The notes beneath the pieces are model-generated. The model ran no database searches. It had not been told where the DNA came from and saw only the letters and a list, made by a program, of their open reading frames with translations. From Archangium sp. (GTDB lineage Bacteria; Myxococcota; Myxococcia; Myxococcales; Myxococcaceae), in NCBI GenBank assembly GCA_031367385.1, contig JANLPS010000538.1, forward strand, positions 1-20,060: a DNA stretch of 20,060 nucleotides, read 5' to 3'. Position numbers and translations under genes: made by a program. Shown here one piece after another: positions 1 to 8,441 of this stretch; the stretch's first letter is position 1; each line of letters begins with the position of its first letter.

Positions 1-1236
1 ATCAACGACGGCGAAGTGCGGGTCGATGGCTTCGGGTACCGTGGCGGGCCCGCGATGCCGTACCAAGTCGGTAACCCCGGTGGCACCCCATGCCATGGGC
101 TCACCGAAGCATTTCCCCTCGGCAGTAGGTCGGGCGAGGGCCTCGAGACCGAATCTGTGCCGCACTTCGGGCGTGCCCCAAGCCTGCTCGGCGGCGGTGG
201 GGGTGGCTGCGACTACGCCGGTGGCGCTGGCGGCTCGTTGATGGGCCGCGGCGGCCGGGGCGGTGACGGGCTGCCCGGTCAAGAAAACGGTGGCCTCGAA
301 CCCCCGTCGGTGACCTTCACGCCCCGAGCCCAACTCGTGCTCGGTGGCGGCGGCGGGTCGGGCTGGTCGCAAGCCTCGTACTCCTTGCCTTCTGCCAGCG
401 GGGCCAACGGAGGCGGCATCATTCTCGCGCACGCGAATCACCTCGGCGGCGCCGGTGTCTGGAGCGCCCAGGGCGCCGAGCCCTCCATTTTCGGTGGCGG
501 TGATTGGGGGTATGGCGGTGCAGGTGCCGGCGGGAGCGTTCTCCTGCGCGCGGCGACCAGTCTCGAGTGCGGTCAGGTCACCGCTTCTGGTGGCCGGGGA
601 GGCCGCTTCGCGAACGTGAAAGGCCCCGGCGGAGGTGGAGGCGGCGGGCTGGTGTTCTTCGAAGCGGCTGGGGCCATCGCATGCCCGGCTTCCGCGCTCG
701 CGGGTCTCGCCGGCACGCCCGACTTCGGGGCCTTGCCCGATTCGAAGACCTCACCCACCTACGCGGGCAAAGTCATCGTCTCGAAGCCCATTCAAGACGA
801 CGGGTTCATGCCGACGTTTCTTTCGACGCCGAACTCGACCGCGTACTGCGGCACGCCGTATCGCTACTCGGCCGAGCACGTGCCCGTCTTGAGCTCGGCC
901 GGGCCGTACCACTTCGCCCTCGACGGCGGTCTGCCCAAGGATCTCGCCATCGCCGAAGACACGGGCGAAATCACCTGGCGCCCGACCAAAGCCCAGGTGG
1001 GTGCGTATGACTTCGTGCTCAGCGCCACCTCGCACTACGGCACCGCGACGCAGCGACTCGTAGTCGTGGTCGAGTGCGACCCGCCGACCAAGATTGGCGT
1101 GGGCTGCGGCTGCAACGGCAGCGCCTCGCTCGGGCTCACCGTGCTGGCCTTGCTGTGGCTGCGACGCCCCAAATCGCGTCACCTCGGGTGCACACCCCCA
1201 CATCGTCTGCGTGACGGGGTCGCCGAACCCGTGTAG
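1..1236 (+). CDS. Gly-rich cell-surface protein (AgmC-like Gly-rich repeats) with putative Ig (He_PIG-like) domain and MYXO-CTERM-type C-terminal anchor; 5' end outside window
   Basis: Frame 1 is open from base 1. Repeated GGGGG/GGAGAGGS motifs; He_PIG-like LPKDLAIAEDTGEITWRPT...GAYDFVLSAT; C-terminal GCGC + hydrophobic stretch + RR (GCGCNGSASLGLTVLALLWLRR). Confidence 0.7.
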   Translation: MNDGEVRVDGFGYRGGPAMPYQVGNPGGTPCHGLTEAFPLGSRSGEGLETESVPHFGRAPSLLGGGGGGCDYAGGAGGSLMGRGGRGGDGLPGQENGGLEPPSVTFTPRAQLVLGGGGGSGWSQASYSLPSASGANGGGIILAHANHLGGAGVWSAQGAEPSIFGGGDWGYGGAGAGGSVLLRAATSLECGQVTASGGRGGRFANVKGPGGGGGGGLVFFEAAGAIACPASALAGLAGTPDFGALPDSKTSPTYAGKVIVSKPIQDDGFMPTFLSTPNSTAYCGTPYRYSAEHVPVLSSAGPYHFALDGGLPKDLAIAEDTGEITWRPTKAQVGAYDFVLSATSHYGTATQRLVVVVECDPPTKIGVGCGCNGSASLGLTVLALLWLRRPKSRHLGCTPPHRLRDGVAEPV

Positions 1237-1248
1237 GTCTGGGCCCCC

Positions 1249-1809
1249 GTGCGTTTCTCGCTGCTCATCGCCGTGCTCCTCACCGCCTGCCCGGCTTCGA
1301 AACAGGTCGACGAGAACGACCCCTTGGTTCGCAAGCTTCAGGCCGAGAAAACTCGGCTCGCTCAGGTGCCGCTAGGCATTCGCGAGGCGCTGGCCAACGC
1401 CGCGGTCGCCAATGAGGCCCCCGTCACCGTGCCGCTGCCTGCGACCGGGCCAATGCACTTCAAAGGCGTGCTGATCTCGCTCAAGTCGCTCGAGCGCTCG
1501 CACACCGTCAAGAATCAGGCGATCTCGCTGTCGACCATCGACGCGTTTCTGAAGCTCACCTTGATGGCCGAGGCCACTAAAGAGCAGACCTTCGATCTCT
1601 CGGGCACCACGCTGATTCAGGGCGGCAACGTGTACCCCATCGATGCCACCGCGCAGCGCGTGGGCGAAGGCAGCCCGCTGCAACCCACCATCGGGCCCGC
1701 GCCGCAAACGCTGGTGCTGTTCTTCGAAGTGCCCGAGCGCGCGCTCATCGCCGGCTTGAAGCTCGTCATTCGCTCGCCCGACACGACCGCGGAGCTCGCG
1801 CTGCAATGA
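1249..1809 (+). CDS. Lipoprotein with DUF4352-like Ig-fold domain
   Basis: MRFSLLIAVLLTA-C lipobox (Cys14); C-terminal beta-rich part FLKLTL...GNVYPID...LVLFFEVP resembles DUF4352; stop overlaps next start (ATGA at 1806-1809). Confidence 0.7.
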   Translation: MRFSLLIAVLLTACPASKQVDENDPLVRKLQAEKTRLAQVPLGIREALANAAVANEAPVTVPLPATGPMHFKGVLISLKSLERSHTVKNQAISLSTIDAFLKLTLMAEATKEQTFDLSGTTLIQGGNVYPIDATAQRVGEGSPLQPTIGPAPQTLVLFFEVPERALIAGLKLVIRSPDTTAELALQ

Positions 1810-3848
1810 CCCCGACGGACAAGCGGGTGCCACTGCGAATTCGGCTGCCCTTCGCGACCGAAGAAGAATTCATCGAAAAATACGGTCAGCACGTGGCCCG
1901 CGGCGGCATCTTCATCGCCACCAAGGGCGCCAAGCCCGAGGGCACGCTGGTCTCGTTCGACTTGATTCTAACCGACGGCACCAAGCTGATGCGCGGCGAG
2001 GGCTCGGTGCAGAAGGTCACCACCGACGAGCAGCCAGGCCGCAGCGGCATGCTGGTGCGCTTCGAGCGCGTCGATGCCCGCACCAAGGCGCTGATCGACC
2101 AAATCATCGCGCTGCGAGCGGGGGTCGCCAAGACCGAGGCTCCGTCGATACCTCCTTCGCCCTCTGCGCCCGAGCCCGCTCCCGCGCCGCCGATGGCGCC
2201 TGCGCCAACCCTGAAGAAGGGTGCCCCGCTGCTCGCCGAAGACGTGGTGCTGGGCATTGATTTGGGCACCACCACCTGCCGGGCCGCGATGTTCATCGAC
2301 GGGGCGGCGCGGCTGGTCACCATCCCCTCCGAGCGGAGCGTGGCGATGCCGTCGATCATCGCCTTCGACCCGGCGAGGCAGAAGCTGCTGGTGGGCAGCG
2401 CCGCGAAGCAGTTTCGAGTCGACCACCCCGAGAGCGCGGTCTCGGGCTTCAAGCGCCTGATGGGCCGCCGGGCTCGCTCGAAAAAAATCAAAGAGCTTCG
2501 CCAGCGCTATTCTTTCACCCTCGAGCCCGACCCCGAAGGCGATGTCGGCGCCGAGCTTGGCGGCCGCGTCTACTCGATGGCCGAGCTCGCCGCCGAGCTG
2601 CTCAAAGAGCTCAAGAACGCCGCGCAAGAGTCACTCGGCCGTGAGCTGACCCGCTGCGTGATGTGCGTGCCGGCTTGGTACAACGACCACCAGCGCTCAG
2701 CCGTGCTCAGCGCCGCCAAGCTCGCCGGCCTCGAGACCCTGCGCGTGCTCAACGAGCCCTCGGCGGTCGCCCTGGCGTTCGGGTATGGCCGCGGGTTGGC
2801 CCGTAAACGCGTGCTGGTCTATGACCTGGGCGGCGGCACCTTCGACGCTTCGGTGGTCGAGATCACCGGCGATGATCTCGAAGTCGTGAGCACCGGAGGC
2901 GACAATTTTCTGGGCGGGCTCGACTTCGACGAGCGGCTGGCCGACGCGATGATCTCCACCCTGCCCGCGGGCCCCAGAGACCGGCTGATCGCCTCGCGCA
3001 TGATCGTCGAGCGGGTGCGCAGCGCCGCCGAGGTCGCGAAGATCTCGCTCTCTGAAAAGGCCGAGGCCCCGGTTCACGTGCCCTTCGCCACAACCGACGA
3101 CCAGGGCCAGCCGATGGCGCTTCGGGTCGACGTCGAGCGCTCGTTCTTGGAGCACGCGACCATCGACCTGGTCGAGCGCACCGCCACGGTGACCCACGTC
3201 GTGCTCGAAACCGCCAACCTCACCGCCCAGAGCCTCGATGAAGTCTTGATGGTGGGTGGGCAAAGCCGCGCTCCCATCATTCGCCGCCGGCTCATCGCGC
3301 TGCTCGGCCGCGAAGCCCGAAGTGACGTCGACCCGCAAGGCGCCGTGGCCCTCGGGGCCGCGCTGCTCGGGCACTCGATGGTGATGCGAGAGAAGGGCAA
3401 GCAAGGGGTCTCGCTTTCAGAGGTGCTCTCGGCGCCGATCGGCGTCGCCGTGAAGGGCGGAGCGATGCGCCGCGTGCTCGAGCGCAACACCCGCTTGCCG
3501 GCCGAAAAGACGCTCCAGGTGCCGGTGCAGGCCAACGTGCCGATCGCGATCGCCGTCTTTCAGGGCTCGAACTCGCGCGCCGATGAGAACGATTATCTGG
3601 GCGCGATCACCGCGGCGTCTGATCGGCCCGGAGACCTCTCGCTCCGCTTCTCAGTGACCGCCGATGGCCGCCTGACCCTCTCGGCCACCACGCCAACCGG
3701 CAAGAATGTCGAGATGACCTTCGCCACCAGCGAGGCCTCAGACGACGTGCAGGCCAAGCTGCTCGCCGAGGCGCCGCTGCCCGGAGAAGACGACGTGAAG
3801 GCCAAGGGTCTGCTCACCGGCATCAAGCGGTTGTTCGGCCGCTCGTAA
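1806..3848 (+). CDS. Hsp70/DnaK-family protein with N-terminal TIGR02266 (PilZ-like) domain and Pro-rich linker; non-canonical Hsp70 paralog
   Basis: Hsp70 motifs GIDLGTT, VPAWYND, LNEPSAVALAFG, YDLGGGTFD, GGDNFLGGLDFD, MVGGQSRAP; N-terminal EEEFIEKY...RGGIFIAT...GTLVSF typical of TIGR02266. Confidence 0.9.
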   Translation: MTPTDKRVPLRIRLPFATEEEFIEKYGQHVARGGIFIATKGAKPEGTLVSFDLILTDGTKLMRGEGSVQKVTTDEQPGRSGMLVRFERVDARTKALIDQIIALRAGVAKTEAPSIPPSPSAPEPAPAPPMAPAPTLKKGAPLLAEDVVLGIDLGTTTCRAAMFIDGAARLVTIPSERSVAMPSIIAFDPARQKLLVGSAAKQFRVDHPESAVSGFKRLMGRRARSKKIKELRQRYSFTLEPDPEGDVGAELGGRVYSMAELAAELLKELKNAAQESLGRELTRCVMCVPAWYNDHQRSAVLSAAKLAGLETLRVLNEPSAVALAFGYGRGLARKRVLVYDLGGGTFDASVVEITGDDLEVVSTGGDNFLGGLDFDERLADAMISTLPAGPRDRLIASRMIVERVRSAAEVAKISLSEKAEAPVHVPFATTDDQGQPMALRVDVERSFLEHATIDLVERTATVTHVVLETANLTAQSLDEVLMVGGQSRAPIIRRRLIALLGREARSDVDPQGAVALGAALLGHSMVMREKGKQGVSLSEVLSAPIGVAVKGGAMRRVLERNTRLPAEKTLQVPVQANVPIAIAVFQGSNSRADENDYLGAITAASDRPGDLSLRFSVTADGRLTLSATTPTGKNVEMTFATSEASDDVQAKLLAEAPLPGEDDVKAKGLLTGIKRLFGRS

Positions 3849-3874
3849 GATCAGTTGGTTAGCGCTGCAAGTCA

Positions 3875-3902
3875 GAGTGCGTAGGTGACGCAACTCCTTT
3901 GT
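3875..3902 (+). terminator. Possible weak intrinsic terminator/hairpin after the Hsp70 gene
   Basis: GAGTGCGT-AGGTG-ACGCAACTC stem-loop (one bulge) followed by CTTTGT; short U tract. Confidence 0.25.
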
Positions 3903-3989
3903 CCTACATCCGAGAATGACTGTGTCTTCGGGGCACACTCCAGCCCTCCACACCGCGGCTTCACTCAAGTTTCATGAAAGGTCTTCCCC

Positions 3990-5738
3990 GTGCCTATTTC
4001 ATTGTCTGACAGCAAGTTGGCCTCGCTCTACAAAGACCTCGAAGCACAGCGCGCCTCTGACCCGAACGTGAAGATCAGCGGTGAGGCCGCGCTCAAGATT
4101 CTCGCCGCCGTTGGCGACACCAACTCAGCGAGCTTCACCAAGGTGCTCGCGGGCCTCAAGAAGTCGGGCATCAGCCGCGACGAGCAGGTCACGCTGGTCA
4201 AGAAAGGCATGACCTCGGTCGAGAAGAAAGACCTCGCCACCATTCTCGACAAGGGCACCGTGCCCGTCGACGACGACACCAAGGCGTTCTTCAACGCGGT
4301 GTTGGGTCGCACGACGCCTCCCGACCCGACCGGCCGTGGCTTGAAGATCAGCGGCGACCAGCACGACGGCTTGTCAGGCTTCACCGAAGCCGGCGCGAGC
4401 ATCGAGGCGATCAACATCTCGGCCGCCCCCGCCGGCCGCCTGCACATGGACGACACGACCGTCGTCGGCAAGGCCGACGCCAACGGCAAGTTCAACGCGG
4501 CCAAGCTCTCGGGCGACCAGGTCATTCAAGAAGGCGACTTGATTCGCACCCGCGCGCGCTACGCCGACGGCACCACCTCTGACTGGGTCACCGTCAAGGC
4601 GAGCGGCGTCGACGCCAAAGACACCCGCAACGCGCTGGTCTCGATCATTCGCATCGGCCTCACCGACGGCGGCAACGACAAGATCAACGTCGAGAACATC
4701 AACTCGAGCCGTCAGGTCTCCGAGCCCGGCGCCAAGCTCCAGTTCACCAACAACCGCACCGGCGACAAGACCGAGGTCACCATCACCGACGTCGGCGGTT
4801 TCCCCGCTGGGTTTCAGCTTGGCGGCAAGGCCGGCGACGTGTTCTCGATTGCGGCCACCGACGGCATCAACAACACCGACTACAAGACTGCGGTCGGCAA
4901 CCTCACGGTGCCCGGCGGAGACCCCGGCACGGTCGACCTCATCAAAGACCCGGCGCTGCACAAAGACGAGCTCAACGCCGATGGTACGCCCAAGTTCTCG
5001 AAGGTGCGCTTCACCGGCCCGCTCTTCGTCGACGGCGCGAACTTCGAAGACGTGCAGCAGGGGCAGCTGGGCGACTGCTACTTCCCCTCCGCGATGTCGG
5101 CGATTGCCTTTCAAGACAAAGAGGCCATCAACAACCTCATCAAAGACAACGGCGACGGCACCTACACGGTCAACTTCAAAGAGAAAGACTGGAGCACCAA
5201 CAAGTTCAAGACCGTGCCGGTGAAGGTCGACGGTGACTTGTACGTGCGCTCGTTCGGTGGCGCGCTCTACGGCCACAGCGCGAACAGCTCTGACCCGAAG
5301 AAGATGGAGATGTGGTTTCCCCTCGTCGAGAAGGCGTACGCGACGTGGAAGGGCAGCTACAACGACATCGGCAACGGCGGCATGTCGAACGACATCTTCG
5401 AGGCGGTGCTCGGTCGCACCGGCGAGTCTGACAACATCAGCCCCAGCAACCACGCCGCCATCTTCAACACCATCAAGAAGAACATGGACGCGAAGTCGCC
5501 GATGTCGGCCGGCACCTACGGTGATGATCAAGCGGCGCGCTACACGAACTCGGGCGTCTACGCCGACCACTCGTACAGCATCGTTGGGTACGAAGAGAGC
5601 GGCGGCAAGCAGTACGTCAAGCTGCGCAACCCCTGGGGTGAGTCGGAGCCCGCGAACAACGGCGCCAACGACGGTATCTTCAAGCTCGACCTCGAGACCT
5701 TCTCGAAGCTGTACCAGAACATCATGTACGTTGACTGA
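3990..5738 (+). CDS. Calpain-family (peptidase C2) cysteine protease with N-terminal helical domain and two Ig-like domains
   Basis: QQGQLGDCYF (Cys363), WFPLVEKAYA, DHSYSI (His527), KLRNPWG (Asn547): complete calpain triad; GAAAGG RBS upstream of GTG. Confidence 0.92.
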   Translation: MPISLSDSKLASLYKDLEAQRASDPNVKISGEAALKILAAVGDTNSASFTKVLAGLKKSGISRDEQVTLVKKGMTSVEKKDLATILDKGTVPVDDDTKAFFNAVLGRTTPPDPTGRGLKISGDQHDGLSGFTEAGASIEAINISAAPAGRLHMDDTTVVGKADANGKFNAAKLSGDQVIQEGDLIRTRARYADGTTSDWVTVKASGVDAKDTRNALVSIIRIGLTDGGNDKINVENINSSRQVSEPGAKLQFTNNRTGDKTEVTITDVGGFPAGFQLGGKAGDVFSIAATDGINNTDYKTAVGNLTVPGGDPGTVDLIKDPALHKDELNADGTPKFSKVRFTGPLFVDGANFEDVQQGQLGDCYFPSAMSAIAFQDKEAINNLIKDNGDGTYTVNFKEKDWSTNKFKTVPVKVDGDLYVRSFGGALYGHSANSSDPKKMEMWFPLVEKAYATWKGSYNDIGNGGMSNDIFEAVLGRTGESDNISPSNHAAIFNTIKKNMDAKSPMSAGTYGDDQAARYTNSGVYADHSYSIVGYEESGGKQYVKLRNPWGESEPANNGANDGIFKLDLETFSKLYQNIMYVD

Positions 5739-5759
5739 TCTGTGCTTTGAAGGGTGACC

Positions 5760-6113
5760 ATGGCGATTCCTCCTGAACCGATTGAAGACGTGCTGCCTGA
5801 TGCGGTGCTGGTCGTCGACGCCGAGGTCACCGAAGTGCTCTCGACGGGCCCCGCGACGGCGAAGGTCGATGCGAGGCCCGGCGCGACTTCGACCGGAGCG
5901 AAGGCTCCGTCGCAGAAGGTGAAGCTCACGGTGAAGCGGGTGCTGCATGGGCCCGCGACCAAAGAGATCATCGTCGAGAAACCCGAAGCCGGGTACGCGC
6001 TGCGGGCCGGCAACAAGGGCCCGTTTCTGATCGACAAAAAGAACGTGATTCTCGGTCGCTACGGGCCTGACTCGTACAGCTTCGAGAAGATCGAAAAAGC
6101 CCTCAAGGGCTAA
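5760..6113 (+). CDS. Small hypothetical protein, probable TIMP/NTR-like OB fold
   Basis: GAAGGG RBS-like sequence before ATG 5760 (in-frame GTG at 5754 is an alternative); pattern AVLVVDAEVTEV...VKLTVKRVLHG...EIIV...GYALRAG..GPFLI. Confidence 0.7.
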   Translation: MAIPPEPIEDVLPDAVLVVDAEVTEVLSTGPATAKVDARPGATSTGAKAPSQKVKLTVKRVLHGPATKEIIVEKPEAGYALRAGNKGPFLIDKKNVILGRYGPDSYSFEKIEKALKG

Positions 6114-6119
6114 AGCAAG

Positions 6120-7457
6120 CTACAGCTCGAAGCTCGACAAGAACGTCGCGTCGTCTTTTCTCTTCGCGAAGAGCGCCTCGACTCGCATCGACGGTGAACG
6201 CCCGGTCGTGGCGATCTCGGTGAGCGGCTCGAGCAAGGGCACGTCGAGCGGGTCAAGCCGCTGCAACCCGCGGCCTGCAATCTCGACGAACTCGCGGGCA
6301 TAATCGGCGACCGTGCCGTTGCCGAGCTTGGCTGCCAGGCCTTCTTTTTGAGTCGCCGCGTGAAGCGCCCGGTGCTCGACCGGGCTGAGCGGCGGCATCA
6401 AGCTCGACACTTCACCGAGCGCCGTCTCATCGTAGAGCACCCCGCGCATCAGGGCGCCCAGGGCTCCGGTCATCGCCGCGGTGTTGCAATCGGCCGCGCG
6501 AATTTCGAGCACCTTCTTGATTCTCACCTCGGGGAAGAGCGTCGACAGGTGGTCGACCCAATCGGCGTACTGCGCGGGCCGGCCCTCGTACCCCTGCTTG
6601 AGCAGCTGACCGAACGTCAGCGCCGGCCGCAGGTACTTGCCATCGCGGCGCAAGAACAGCAGCGGCGCCTCGAGCGCCCACTGCACATACGCGGCGTACG
6701 AGAATGACCCATCGAGCATCGCCGTCGGGTACCCGCAGCGCGCCGGGTCGACGTCGTTCCACACCCGGCTGCGAAACGACTGGTACCCACTGACCTTGCC
6801 TTCGACGATTGGGCTGTTCGCGTAGAGCGCCACCAACAGCGGAGACACTCGCGCCGACGCCATCACCTTGCGCGCGCAATCGGCCTCGTCGCGCCAATCG
6901 AGCGACACCTGGCCCGTGGCGGTCATCAGCATCATGTTGTGCGCCATCGGCCCGCGAGCACCTAGCGAGTCGCGCATCAGCTGGTAGCGCGACTTCGGCA
7001 TCCACGGCATCTCGGCCAGGGTGTTGAACGGCCGATACCCCAACGCCACCGCACGCAACCCCAACGGCCCCGTGACGGCCTTGAGCTCAGCCAAGTGCTT
7101 CAGGTTCTCGGCATGGCCCTCGCGCGCCGACACAAAGGGAGACCCAGACAATTCAAATTGCCCGCCCGGCTCGAGCGACAGCGTCGCCCTGCCACGCTGC
7201 ATCGCGATCACCGGAGCGCCTTCACGCTCGCGAAACTCCTCCCACCCGAACTGGGCGAAGCCTCGCATCAACGCGCCGATGCCCGAGGGGCCCTCGTAGG
7301 CCACCGGCCCGCTGCCGTTGAGCGGCACAATCAGCTTCTCGTGCTCGAGGCCCACCAAGGTCTTGCCGTCGGTTCGCTCGGCCGAGCGAAAGAGCTCAAC
7401 CAGTGCCGAAGGGTCAGAAATCGGGTGATCTTCGGTCTGTTTTGCGTCGAGCGACAT
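6120..7457 (-). CDS. gshA: Glutamate--cysteine ligase (GCS2 family, plant/alphaproteobacterial-type GshA)
   Basis: GLEHEK, SLEPGGQFELSG, WMPKSRY, TATGQVSLD, ALYANSP, DHLSTLFPEVR, LEIRAAD motifs. Confidence 0.92.
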   Translation of the reverse strand: MSLDAKQTEDHPISDPSALVELFRSAERTDGKTLVGLEHEKLIVPLNGSGPVAYEGPSGIGALMRGFAQFGWEEFREREGAPVIAMQRGRATLSLEPGGQFELSGSPFVSAREGHAENLKHLAELKAVTGPLGLRAVALGYRPFNTLAEMPWMPKSRYQLMRDSLGARGPMAHNMMLMTATGQVSLDWRDEADCARKVMASARVSPLLVALYANSPIVEGKVSGYQSFRSRVWNDVDPARCGYPTAMLDGSFSYAAYVQWALEAPLLFLRRDGKYLRPALTFGQLLKQGYEGRPAQYADWVDHLSTLFPEVRIKKVLEIRAADCNTAAMTGALGALMRGVLYDETALGEVSSLMPPLSPVEHRALHAATQKEGLAAKLGNGTVADYAREFVEIAGRGLQRLDPLDVPLLEPLTEIATTGRSPSMRVEALFAKRKDDATFLSSFEL

Positions 7458-7536
7458 CGGGGCGGGCGCTTATAACGTCAGCGCACACCCCGCGCCGGAT
7501 TCATTTCACCAGCAACTGTGCGACGTTCGACGCCCA

Positions 7537-8340
7537 ATGGTGGCACCTTTCCCTACGCTTGCGACCACGCCGTCGGCCTCCGAGCTGGTCACCGGGCTGG
7601 GGCTGCCTTTTCGTGCGCTGCGGGTCATCGTCACGACGCCGAAGGTCTTCGCGTTGTCGGCGCTCTGCGGCTTGGTCACCGCCGCGACCTTGATCGCCCT
7701 GATACCCTTCTGGTGGTCTCACTCCGAGCGCTGGGCACAGACGCTCATCGGCACCGACTCGGGGTGGCAAAAAGTCGCGTCAGGCGCGTCTACCCTCATC
7801 ATTTTTTTACTGGGCTACGCCGTCAGCGCGCTGACGGTGCCGAACGTGGTGCTCGCGCCGCTGCAAGACCCGCTCTCAGAAGCCACCGACGCCCGGTGCG
7901 GCGGGTTCACCCCTGACCCGTTTTCGGTCAGGCAATTCGTGCGCGGCATCACCGAATCGCTCGCCCATACCACCCTGCGGCTGGGCTTCATGCTGTTGGG
8001 GTTCGGGCTGCTGTTGCCGCTCAATTTCATACCCGTGGCCGGCAGCGCGCTGTGGGTCGGGCTCTCGACGGTGTGGTCGATGTTCTGGCTCGCGGTGGAG
8101 CACCTCTCGAACCCCGCCGCCCGCCGTCTGGTGCCGTTCAGGCAGGTGGTTGGGGCCCTGCGACAGAGGCTGTTGCTCGCGCTCGGTTTCGGCGCCGCCC
8201 TGTGGGTCTTGCTGTGGGTGCCGGTAGTGAATTTCTTCCTGCTCCCTGTGGCGATCGTCGCGGGCACGCTGCTTTTTCGCAGCCTCGAACAGGCGGGCCA
8301 GCTCACCGCGGCCCCCCACCCTGTTGGAACGAACGGCTGA
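7537..8340 (+). CDS. EI24/CysZ-like membrane protein
   Basis: GLGLPFRAL, several hydrophobic helices, VLAPLQDPLSE, LNFIPVAG, WVPVVNFFLLPVAIVAGT. Confidence 0.85.
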   Translation: MVAPFPTLATTPSASELVTGLGLPFRALRVIVTTPKVFALSALCGLVTAATLIALIPFWWSHSERWAQTLIGTDSGWQKVASGASTLIIFLLGYAVSALTVPNVVLAPLQDPLSEATDARCGGFTPDPFSVRQFVRGITESLAHTTLRLGFMLLGFGLLLPLNFIPVAGSALWVGLSTVWSMFWLAVEHLSNPAARRLVPFRQVVGALRQRLLLALGFGAALWVLLWVPVVNFFLLPVAIVAGTLLFRSLEQAGQLTAAPHPVGTNG

Positions 8341-8441
8341 TCTTCTCTGTTTCGGCTTCCTTGAAGGGGCAGCGCTCGCTGATTACGCTGTGCCCTCCTC
8401 ACCGCAGCCCTTCGTTTCCCAAAGCTCCCGAAAGAAACTCC

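Noticed and set aside
1806..3848. Canonical dnaK
   Set aside because: Extra N-domain, no lid, altered linker, no grpE/dnaJ neighbours
4374..5948. 524-aa antisense ORF
   Set aside because: Shadow of the calpain gene caused by strong codon bias; no recognisable motifs
8052..8441. 130-aa N-terminal extension of the S41 protease ORF
   Set aside because: Overlaps the EI24 gene in another frame; signal-peptide-like sequence starts at ATG 8442
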